From: a virus | Reading direction: 5' to 3' (one strand) | DNA length: 64,000 nt | Virus record (IMG/VR): IMGVR_UViG_3300029913_000003 | Location: 64,001 to 128,000 of that record | In this document: in pieces, positions 56,968-64,000 of the stretch | Position numbering within the stretch: position 1 is the first letter of the stretch | Layout of the letters: each line of letters begins with the position of its first letter | The notes under the pieces: generated by a model | What the model was told of the DNA's origin: nothing | The model's input: the letters and a program-made list of their open reading frames with translations, nothing else | Databases searched by the model: none | Program-made: the position numbers and the translations under genes

Positions 56968-57039
56968 ATAATTTATTTTTTTATTTTTTATTTATTATTT
57001 ATTCTATATATAATTTTTATTTATTCTTTTTTATTTACA

Positions 57040-57552
57040 TTATATATTAAATTTATCAGTATTAAATATATATGAAAATGCATTTTTTACTTTAGATGTA
57101 AAATAATAAGAATATTCGTTGTAATATTTTTTAATTATTTCTAAATTCGGAATATTTGATAATAATTCAATTATTTTATTGTCTAATTTATTAGTAAATT
57201 CAGGTTTATAATATTTATAAATATTATCTTCTATTTTAAATATAGATTTACGATTAATTAAACTAGAAGAATTAATGTTTTTTTCTTTAATAAATTTGTC
57301 TATATTTTTATAAAAACTATTAGTATCAGTATATGAATTATTTATTCCAATAAGATTATTGAAAATTGTTCTATGTTGAAACCTATCTGATTCAAGTTCT
57401 GTTAATGTTAAATCATCAATTTTATCTAAAATATTTAATCTTTTTATATAATCAGTGATAAACACTGAAAGTAAAGATTCTTCTTCTTTTGTTAAATATT
57501 GATTATTATAATCAGATGATTTTCTTTCTTCAAATGTTTTTACGTATTTCAT
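57040..57552 (-). CDS. Family A protein
   Basis: MKYVKTFE ... TDKFNI. Confidence 0.55.
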   Translation of the reverse strand: MKYVKTFEERKSSDYNNQYLTKEEESLLSVFITDYIKRLNILDKIDDLTLTELESDRFQHRTIFNNLIGINNSYTDTNSFYKNIDKFIKEKNINSSSLINRKSIFKIEDNIYKYYKPEFTNKLDNKIIELLSNIPNLEIIKKYYNEYSYYFTSKVKNAFSYIFNTDKFNI

Positions 57553-57878
57553 AAATTAAATTTATTTGCTTGTAATTTTAATTCTAATTGCTCTTTTGTT
57601 TTACCATGCTCAACTATTCTATTAATATCAAAAGTTCGAATATCTAATCCATTATTAATATTAAAATAAGATTTAATAGTTTCAGGCACATTTTCATATA
57701 ACACAACAACATCATTACGGTCAGTAATAATATCAATTATTTTACCAATAGTATTATTTATAAAATTCTCTGTATCTATTTGTTTTTGAGTATAAGGAAG
57801 TATATTAATTTTAATTAATACATAATCACCAACTTCTAAATTATCTTCTATATTTTCATAATATTTTAAATATTTCAT
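57549..57878 (-). CDS. Family A, GDYV/NNIGK core subfamily
   Basis: Start at MKYLKYYEN (ATG at 57878). VGDYVLI..NTIGKII..EQLELKLQANKFNL. Confidence 0.6.
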   Translation of the reverse strand: MKYLKYYENIEDNLEVGDYVLIKINILPYTQKQIDTENFINNTIGKIIDIITDRNDVVVLYENVPETIKSYFNINNGLDIRTFDINRIVEHGKTKEQLELKLQANKFNL

Positions 57879-57930
57879 ATTATTATATATAAAAATCATT
57901 ATATCATTTTTTTATTTCAAAATAATGTAT

Positions 57931-57938
57931 TATCTTTG
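57931..57938 (+). promoter_or_regulatory. -7 box TATCTTTG
   Basis: Lies 37 nt upstream of the ATG at 57975. Confidence 0.4.
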
Positions 57939-57974
57939 TTGAAAATATTATATAACCTATTCAATAAAAATATC

Positions 57975-58151
57975 ATGAAAAAAATATTAATTTTAATTGC
58001 ATATCCTATTATTTTTGCTATATTAGGATTATTAGTATTTTCTTATGTTGGATTGATATTTGGATTCCTATTTGGTTTAATTATTGATTTTTTTTGGTTC
58101 GAAATATCAAAATCAATTATACACGGAGAAACATTATATGATGAATATTAA
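57975..58151 (+). CDS. Small membrane protein
   Basis: MKKILILIAYPIIFAILGLLVFSYVGLIFGFLFGLIIDFFWF has two hydrophobic helices. Confidence 0.4.
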   Translation: MKKILILIAYPIIFAILGLLVFSYVGLIFGFLFGLIIDFFWFEISKSIIHGETLYDEY

Positions 58152-58467
58152 AACATTAGTAATACGACTTAAAGAATCATGTAAAAATGCGATAATTCAA
58201 TGTTCAACAAGAACATTTGAAATTAATAATTGGTCAACATTATATAATAAAGATAGAACAAATTTTAGGGAGTATAAGTTAACTGATAGAGGATGGATTA
58301 ATTTAAATCTTTCTGATTTTCAATTTTCAAATATTAAACCTATTAATATTAAACTTCAAAGAAATATGAAAATAAAATCATTAGAATTAATACCAGAATA
58401 TGATTATAAAATTTGGACTGATGATGAAGTTTATAAACATTCTAGATTTAAAGAATTACCATTTTAA
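58138..58467 (+). CDS. Hypothetical protein
   Basis: Start at MMNIKTLVIRL. Overlaps the previous ORF by 14 nt. Confidence 0.4.
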   Translation: MMNIKTLVIRLKESCKNAIIQCSTRTFEINNWSTLYNKDRTNFREYKLTDRGWINLNLSDFQFSNIKPINIKLQRNMKIKSLELIPEYDYKIWTDDEVYKHSRFKELPF

Positions 58468-58479
58468 AAATAATAAAAA

Positions 58480-58788
58480 ATGAAAACAGAAATTGAAAAA
58501 ATTAAAGAAGAAATTGAACTCAAGAAAAAAGAACTTGAACAATTAGAGCTAAAAGCTGAATTAAAAAATAAAGAAGTAGCAATCAAAAATTTATCTGAAT
58601 TTACAGATTTAGAAAAATGTAATTTTTTTGATAAATTATACAAATTAGCATCAGATCAATTTGAAACATCAAAAGAAAATGGTGATCGAAATGATGATGA
58701 TGAACATTATGCATGGGAAGTATGCATGGAAATATTAGCACGTGATAGTACTACATTTTGGAATTATTATAATTCATTATTTTATTAA
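58480..58788 (+). CDS. Hypothetical coiled-coil protein
   Basis: Coiled-coil-like N-terminus EIEKIKEEIELKKKELEQLELKAELKNKE. Confidence 0.4.
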   Translation: MKTEIEKIKEEIELKKKELEQLELKAELKNKEVAIKNLSEFTDLEKCNFFDKLYKLASDQFETSKENGDRNDDDEHYAWEVCMEILARDSTTFWNYYNSLFY

Positions 58789-58838
58789 AAAATAAAATAT
58801 CTAATATTTTATATATACAAAAAAATATTAGATACTTA

Positions 58839-59573
58839 ATGAAAAGCTATAATAACTTCATAACAGAAAGAAAAATATCATATAAAAAATTACTTTGCCC
58901 TGATATTTGGGAAAATAAAGTAATTATACCAAGAATCGAAGAAAAATTATTAAGAATTGCAAGAGATTTTTATAAAGAGTTAGATGTAGAAGCAGAAATA
59001 AAAGATATTATATTAACAGGATCAATTACCAATTTTAATTATACAAAATTATCAGATTTAGACGTACATATTATAATTGATTTTTCTGAAGTAGATGATA
59101 ATGTTGAATTAGTTAAAAAAGCATTTGATGGGCAAAGATTCATGTGGAACATAAGACATAACATTATTATAAAAGAACATGATGTTGAGTTATATGTACA
59201 AGATGTAAATGAAGAAAATATATCATCAGGTAGTTATTCATTAATGAATCATATATGGTTAAAAGAGCCATCTTATAGTCAGCCAAATGTAGACAATAAA
59301 GAAGTTAATTCTAAATATGAACTAAGAGCATCAGATATTAATGAATTTGAAAAATTATCAAAACAAAATTTAGATCCTTATGATTCTGAGCAATATTATA
59401 ACAAAGCAAAAGAATTAAAAACTAAGATAATGAAATCTAGAAAAGATGGATTATCAGAAAGTGGAGAATTTTCAATTGAAAATTTAGTATTCAAAAAATT
59501 AAGAAATGAAGGAAAATTTAAAAAATTAATTGATATAATAGGCATTTTATATGATAAAATATATTCTCAGTAA
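58839..59573 (+). CDS. Nucleotidyltransferase-fold protein (Pol-beta superfamily)
   Basis: hG[GS]-x9-Dh[DE] motif: LTGSITNFNYTKLSDLDVHIIID. Downstream acidic residue (VQDVNEE). Confidence 0.5.
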   Translation: MKSYNNFITERKISYKKLLCPDIWENKVIIPRIEEKLLRIARDFYKELDVEAEIKDIILTGSITNFNYTKLSDLDVHIIIDFSEVDDNVELVKKAFDGQRFMWNIRHNIIIKEHDVELYVQDVNEENISSGSYSLMNHIWLKEPSYSQPNVDNKEVNSKYELRASDINEFEKLSKQNLDPYDSEQYYNKAKELKTKIMKSRKDGLSESGEFSIENLVFKKLRNEGKFKKLIDIIGILYDKIYSQ

Positions 59574-59582
59574 TTAAATTGT

Positions 59583-59627
59583 TAAAAAAGAATAAAAGTT
59601 AATCATTTTTGATTAACTTTTTTAGTA
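59583..59627. terminator. Bidirectional intrinsic terminator
   Basis: aaaagaataAAAGTTAATCAtttttGATTAACTTTtttag. Confidence 0.5.
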
Positions 59628-59643
59628 TGCCAATATTTATTAT

Positions 59644-59651
59644 TATCTTTG
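59644..59651 (+). promoter_or_regulatory. -7 box TATCTTTG (TATCTTTGTACT, same as 56201)
   Basis: Lies only 4 nt upstream of the ATG at 59656, implying a leaderless transcript if it is functional. Confidence 0.3.
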
Positions 59652-59655
59652 TACT

Positions 59656-59925
59656 ATGAAAACAGAAGATAAAATACAACAAGTAATTGATTTATCAGAA
59701 CAGAAAACAAGTCTTTTAAAAGAATTGAAAGAATCTGTTATATATGAACAAAAATCATATGACTTAATTAAATTCAATATTGGATTTGAAAATACATATC
59801 TTCTGATCCGTATTTCTGATAAAATAGAAGTTTCATCAGGAGGAATTAATATAATTAAATCTTTCATAAAAATAAGAAATATTGATATTGATACTATATA
59901 TAACAATAAATGTTTAATCAACTAA
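59656..59925 (+). CDS. Hypothetical protein
   Basis: 89-aa ORF. The plus strand is preferred over the overlapping minus-strand ORF 59643-59921 because of the upstream promoter box and the operon context. Confidence 0.4.
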   Translation: MKTEDKIQQVIDLSEQKTSLLKELKESVIYEQKSYDLIKFNIGFENTYLLIRISDKIEVSSGGINIIKSFIKIRNIDIDTIYNNKCLIN

Positions 59926-59937
59926 ATTATTAAAATC

Positions 59938-60300
59938 ATGAAAGTAAGTTTTGAAAAAGTTAGTGCTATTGCACTTGATGAAGTATCAAAAAGCAAATAC
60001 ATTTATTTTAATCAAATGACAGGTGTTATAGCCACAGTATTAGACAGATCAGGCGTAGAAAAAATTAATCCTATTCCTGAAGATTATTTTATTGCAATTA
60101 AAAATGCTCTCGCAGATGAATTTCATGGTGGAATGGAGCCAGAATTTAAAACTGAAGAAGAATTTAATAATTGGAATAATTTAGATTCTAACCATTTTTT
60201 CTATATCACAATAGAAGAAGCAAAAATTGATCCAAGATTCAGATTTACTCATTCTCCTTATCAAGATAAAAAACTTCCTTTTTTAGTTTACTCTAAATAA
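59938..60300 (+). CDS. Hypothetical protein
   Basis: 120-aa ORF. Confidence 0.4.
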   Translation: MKVSFEKVSAIALDEVSKSKYIYFNQMTGVIATVLDRSGVEKINPIPEDYFIAIKNALADEFHGGMEPEFKTEEEFNNWNNLDSNHFFYITIEEAKIDPRFRFTHSPYQDKKLPFLVYSK

Positions 60301-60303
60301 TAT

Positions 60304-60906
60304 ATGGCAACTATAAAATTAACAAATAAACAGCTTACTTTAATTCAAAGGGCTTTAGATTTATATTCAAGAATTGGAATTTTACAACTAAATGAAATTG
60401 TATCACATCCAACTATTGATAAATGTATAACTGATCAATTTACAGTTAAAAAAACTCTTGAAGTTGGTGATGATACTATGAGAGGAAAAATAGTTGAAAT
60501 AGGTGAAGATTTTATAAAAACAGAAGGTAGTTGGGGTAATGGAAATGAAATAAGAACTTGGAATGACATTAAAAATATAAAAATGTCGCCAGATTGGTCA
60601 AAATTGCAATTTACTCGTGATGAAATTGATAAAAAATTAAAAGAAATTAAATATTTAATTACGGGAGATATCACTTTTTATAATGGAGATTTTGGAATTT
60701 ATAATCCACAAACTGATGAAACATGTAGAGAAGCTTATGATATTTTACAAGTTATAAGATACGAATTCTGGAAAAATCAAAAAGATAAAAGTAATTATAC
60801 AGTAGACTCATCTATTACTAAATCTACAATGGATTATTCTGTTGAAGTTAAATTAGATACATTACAAGAATTAAGAAAAAGAAAAATTAACAAATTAAAT
60901 CAATAA
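60304..60906 (+). CDS. Hypothetical protein
   Basis: 200-aa ORF. Confidence 0.4.
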   Translation: MATIKLTNKQLTLIQRALDLYSRIGILQLNEIVSHPTIDKCITDQFTVKKTLEVGDDTMRGKIVEIGEDFIKTEGSWGNGNEIRTWNDIKNIKMSPDWSKLQFTRDEIDKKLKEIKYLITGDITFYNGDFGIYNPQTDETCREAYDILQVIRYEFWKNQKDKSNYTVDSSITKSTMDYSVEVKLDTLQELRKRKINKLNQ

Positions 60907-61071
60907 TATGAATTACTACTTTTTTTTATACGGAGAAACCTTAATTTGGTGTGCATCAGAGAAAGATTTTAATATTATGCTTCATGATAATAAATATAAA
61001 TACATGGGAACAATATTAGAACGTGGAATTAGTACTGGACCAAATATTGAACCATTTAACGGAAAAAACTT

Positions 61072-61503
61072 ATGCTAAATTTAATTTTTATTTTATTTAT
61101 TGGAATATTTCTTTCATTTGAAATTCATAAACTGTTCAGAGCTAATCTATTTTATAGAATTACCACAATTTCAGTTTATTATGGTAAAAATATACAAAAA
61201 AAATTGAATTCTAATATGTTATCGTTATTTTCTAAAATAGCACTTGCTGATATTATTTATTCAATTATAACACTGATAGGAATATTTACAATAAATTTTG
61301 AATTGTTCTTTATTTTAATATTAATGTCATTTATAAAAACATTTTCTTTTAAATATTTAAAAAATATAAATATAAGAAAATTAATTTTAATAATTGACTC
61401 AGTTTTATCAATATTAATATTAACTATAATACTAATAAATTTATTATTCTATAAAATACCTGATATAGTATTACTTACAAATTTATATAAACAAATATTT
61501 TAA
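61072..61503 (+). CDS. Integral membrane protein (about four predicted TM helices)
   Basis: Strongly hydrophobic segments throughout. Confidence 0.45.
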   Translation: MLNLIFILFIGIFLSFEIHKLFRANLFYRITTISVYYGKNIQKKLNSNMLSLFSKIALADIIYSIITLIGIFTINFELFFILILMSFIKTFSFKYLKNINIRKLILIIDSVLSILILTIILINLLFYKIPDIVLLTNLYKQIF

Positions 61504-61509
61504 TAAATT

Positions 61510-61716
61510 ATGAATATAGAATCTGAAGCAATTTATCGTGAAATAAAGAAAGTAATACCAACTCTAAATATAATAATTACTTATAACACTGGAATTGTAA
61601 TGATTGAAAATAATATTAAATATTCTACTCAAGTACCAATGACAGAAGATATGATACAATGCTATTTAGCAGGATTATATGAAGGTACAGTAGGTGGACT
61701 TAAATATTTAAAATAA
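61510..61716 (+). CDS. Small hypothetical protein
   Basis: 68-aa ORF. Its stop overlaps the next ATG. Confidence 0.35.
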   Translation: MNIESEAIYREIKKVIPTLNIIITYNTGIVMIENNIKYSTQVPMTEDMIQCYLAGLYEGTVGGLKYLK

Positions 61717-62426
61717 TGAATGATCAAATAAAATTAATAAATTCTCCAATTAAAGTAATTTGTATTGATACAAAAGATGCAATAAATTTAATAAAAGGTG
61801 GAATATATTATGCTATTAATTTATATCAATATGATAATGAAACAAATAAGCGTGTTGTTATAAAAGGATTGAGTACTTATTCTGCAGAAAAATTCAAATT
61901 AGAAAATGATGAATTATTAATTAATCATGAATTGTTTCGTATTACTGATAAATATTTAGATAGTTATAATATTAATTATGTTGGACAATATATTAGAAGT
62001 AGATATAGCTCAAAATTAATTAAAGAAAATGAAATATACTACGTAGAAAAACAATATTCTAATGATTATATAAAAGTTAAAGGAATAAAAAATAAATTAT
62101 CAACATATAATTTTTGTGAAGTTAGTATAAGAGAGCAAAGAGAATTAAAATTAAATCAAATAAACGGAAATATTATAAAAATATCTCGTACTCCAAATGA
62201 TTTTGAAAGTTATTCAGAAATAGAAAAACTTAATATTTTTTTAAAATCGTTAACAATGTCATTATCAGATATTAATAAAATAGAAAATTCTGACACTTTA
62301 AAAATAGATATTAAGCAAATGATATTAAATAGATTAAAAAAATATAGTAATATTGAAGAATTTTCTGAAAAATTTTTTAACCTTAATATAAAAAGCATAA
62401 TTGATAAATATAGCAAAACCACATAA
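61716..62426 (+). CDS. Hypothetical protein
   Basis: 236-aa ORF. Confidence 0.4.
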   Translation: MNDQIKLINSPIKVICIDTKDAINLIKGGIYYAINLYQYDNETNKRVVIKGLSTYSAEKFKLENDELLINHELFRITDKYLDSYNINYVGQYIRSRYSSKLIKENEIYYVEKQYSNDYIKVKGIKNKLSTYNFCEVSIREQRELKLNQINGNIIKISRTPNDFESYSEIEKLNIFLKSLTMSLSDINKIENSDTLKIDIKQMILNRLKKYSNIEEFSEKFFNLNIKSIIDKYSKTT

Positions 62427-62452
62427 TTTCTATATCATAATAATGTTTGTTG

Positions 62453-62509
62453 AATAAGTACTAAGTTAGTATATCTGTGAAGATAAAAAACTTAGTACTT
62501 ATTTTTTAT
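62453..62509. terminator. Intrinsic terminator hairpin
   Basis: AAGTACTAAGTTagtatatctgtgaagataaaaAACTTAGTACTTattttttat. The loop contains the ctgtgaagataaaaa motif that also occurs in the 3.9-kb repeat region. Confidence 0.5.
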
Positions 62510-62532
62510 ATATAACATAAAAAAAATAAAGC

Positions 62533-62811
62533 ATGAAATTTATTAAAACTTATGAATTTTTCGAATATAACATTCCTGAAAAAATTAAAAAATTAGCAAT
62601 TGAATTAGAGTTTAAATTTAGAACTACAAGTAAAGAAGATATGAAAAATAAAACTATCTTCCAAATTATAAAAGAACTTGGATTTGATTCAGGTGAATTA
62701 TCTGGAGCTGAATTAGGACAAATTCTAATGTACCAAATGAAATTTAATAAACAAACAGATGAAGAATATCTTAAATTCTATAATGATTATAAAAAAAATC
62801 CTGAAATTTAA
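62533..62811 (+). CDS. Family A-like protein (N-term MKFIKTYEFFEY; no C-terminal tag)
   Basis: N-terminal tag variant. Followed by a terminator hairpin at 62800-62830. Confidence 0.45.
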   Translation: MKFIKTYEFFEYNIPEKIKKLAIELEFKFRTTSKEDMKNKTIFQIIKELGFDSGELSGAELGQILMYQMKFNKQTDEEYLKFYNDYKKNPEI

Positions 62812-62904
62812 ATTTCAGGATTTTTTTGTTCTTTCTCTAAGATTTGAACTTAGTCATTCATTGTCAGAAAATGATATGCTATCATTACATCAAGAAAGAA
62901 TATT

Positions 62905-62991
62905 GTCGCCTTGGTGGGGTTCGAACCCACAAGCTCACAATGAGCATCAGTTTCAAAGACTGAAATGTTTAGCCAATTCCATCACAAGGCA
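62905..62991 (-). tRNA. tRNA, type II (long variable arm), anticodon UUG by manual folding
   Basis: Read on the minus strand:
- acceptor stem TGCCTTG / CAAGGCG (U1-G72 wobble), U8, A73
- 3-bp D stem ATG / CAT
- anticodon stem TCAGT / ACTGA with loop CTTTGAA
- variable arm GCTCA-TTG-TGAGC
- T arm GTGGG-TTCGAAC-CCCAC. Confidence 0.6.
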
Positions 62992-63185
62992 GTATATTAA
63001 CAAAAAACCCAACATAAAATGTTGGGCACAAAAAAACCCAAACCATTTCAGGATTGGGTAAAAAACAGACATGACTCTAACCCAATCAAACGTAAGTTTG
63101 TTGTTGTTGCTGAATCATGTTTGAAATATTATTATTCATAAGAATTTTAATTTTTGTTTGTAATGTATATAGTAATATAATTTTA

Positions 63186-63389
63186 TTAAGTTTTTTCTAT
63201 TTTTAAATTTTCTAAATCTTTTTTTGTTGCAATTTCGAATAATTGAATATATTCATGTAATTCCAAATCACATAATCTTTTTTTATCAAATAATCTTAGC
63301 ATAGTTTCCCATCTATCGGCTTCATTCCAATCTAATAAATAATAATATCCTCTATCTGGAACCTGAGTATCATCTATTAATTCTTTCAT
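63186..63389 (-). CDS. Hypothetical protein
   Basis: 67-aa ORF. A terminator-like hairpin lies upstream at 63405-63440. Confidence 0.35.
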   Translation of the reverse strand: MKELIDDTQVPDRGYYYLLDWNEADRWETMLRLFDKKRLCDLELHEYIQLFEIATKKDLENLKIEKT

Positions 63390-63404
63390 ATTTTTAATTT
63401 TTTA

Positions 63405-63440
63405 ATTTATTAAACTTCCTTACTGAATATATCAGTAAGG
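63405..63440. terminator. Hairpin CTTCCTTACTGAatatatCAGTAAGGAAG
   Basis: 12-bp perfect stem. A second, related hairpin lies at 63645-63672. Confidence 0.4.
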
Positions 63441-63801
63441 AAGTCTTTCTAAAAACTAAGTAATACAACTAACAAAATTTAACAAAAAGAAACATCTTTT
63501 GCTTCACAGCAAATTGTAGATGTAAAAAGAAATCCAAAGATAAGTAAAATATTTTATTCCTACAATAGGAAAATGATTTTATTTATAAAAATATTATATA
63601 TTGATGTCTTTTAATATTTTAATTTTATTAAACTCTCTTACTGATAAACAGCAAGAGAGTTTTTTATAAAACAATATAACTAATAAAATTAAAAATTAAA
63701 TATCTCTTGCTTCACAACAAATAGATATTAAAATCAAATACAAAGATAATATAAATATTTTTATTGTGCAAGTTTTTTATATATAAATAAAAAATATTTT
63801 T

Positions 63802-64000
63802 ATGAAACATTTAAAAACATTTAAAATATACGAAACAGGAGAATGGAGTAGAGATGTAAATTGGAACTATGTTAAAGATAATCCTGATGATGATAGTGAA
63901 GAAGCAAGTTTAATTAGGTATTTAGAAGAAAGATTAGATTATATAATTTCAAATTTAGATAATGATACTATATTAAAAATAAAAGATATTAGAGGACACG
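63802..64000 (+). CDS. Family A protein, 5' part (continues beyond window)
   Basis: MKHLKTFKIYETGEW... No stop before the window end. Confidence 0.5.
   Translation, partial: MKHLKTFKIYETGEWSRDVNWNYVKDNPDDDSEEASLIRYLEERLDYIISNLDNDTILKIKDIRGH

Noticed and set aside
62911-62932. tRNA on the plus strand, giving anticodon CAA (tRNA-Leu)
   Set aside because: GGGTTCGAACCC is palindromic, so the T-loop reads on both strands. But on the plus strand the arm order would be T-arm, variable arm, anticodon arm, D-arm, which is inverted. Only the minus strand gives a valid cloverleaf.
62759-63061. 100-aa ORF on the plus strand
   Set aside because: It runs straight through the minus-strand tRNA and the downstream hairpins. 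Its composition is atypical, and it is probably a spurious ORF created by GC-richer RNA sequence.

Overview
This is a very AT-rich window (roughly 25% GC by eye) that is gene-dense on both strands. It looks like an accessory region of a large (jumbo or T4-like) bacteriophage, not a cellular chromosome.

Evidence for a phage:
- a T4 gp32-like ssDNA-binding protein
- a free-standing GIY-YIG Seg-like homing endonuclease
- three orphan DNA adenine methyltransferases
- many tiny genes with 4-nt stop/start overlaps

Evidence for a Bacteroidetes-type host (inference, no search possible):
- Bacteroidetes-style promoters, with -33 TTTG and a -7 TAnnTTTG box (for example TATCTTTG) 15-40 nt upstream of several start codons
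- classical A-run/hairpin/T-run bidirectional intrinsic terminators

The most striking content is a hyper-expanded paralogous family of about 45 members, here called Family A, present in tandem arrays on both strands. Each protein begins with a near-invariant N-terminal tag (MKYIKTFE, with variants MKHLKIFEEF and MKYLKTFE) and ends with an invariant C-terminal tag ([AT]NKFN[LI] followed by stop). Each stop overlaps the next gene's ATG. The middle of each protein is unrelated or fast-diverging: ankyrin repeats, LxxLPxLP leucine-rich repeats, acidic domains, and a ~100-aa GDYV/NNIGK core. I hypothesise that these are capsid-targeted, injected effector cargo analogous to the T4 internal proteins with their capsid-targeting sequence. 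The nucleotide-conserved stop/start junction would act as a recombination cassette border.

A second tagged family, Family B, has an MKYLCKK N-terminus and an RKLKLKKL-type C-terminal tail. Its members are interleaved with the methyltransferases.

A 3.9-kb region without ORFs (3190-7080) holds three things:
- an array of at least 10 near-identical promoter-like units, each preceded by a TCAAGTAnnnTACTTGA palindrome
- six copies of a GC-enriched ~70-nt hairpin unit, which is a candidate small RNA
- two GC-elevated blocks, about 0.5 kb and about 1 kb, that are candidates for large structured ncRNAs

Other calls:
- a poly(ADP-ribose) glycohydrolase (PARG)-like macrodomain protein with the GGG-x7-QEE signature
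- an HD phosphohydrolase
- a NUDIX hydrolase
- a Pol-beta-type nucleotidyltransferase
- GmhA plus an NAD-dependent epimerase
- a vWA protein with a zinc-ribbon partner
- a cold-shock protein
- a secreted non-specific nuclease
- Ig-like and poly-Thr fibre-like structural proteins
- one unusual tRNA on the minus strand, with a type-II long variable arm but a UUG anticodon

All functional calls rest on motifs read by eye from the sequence. No database search could be run.
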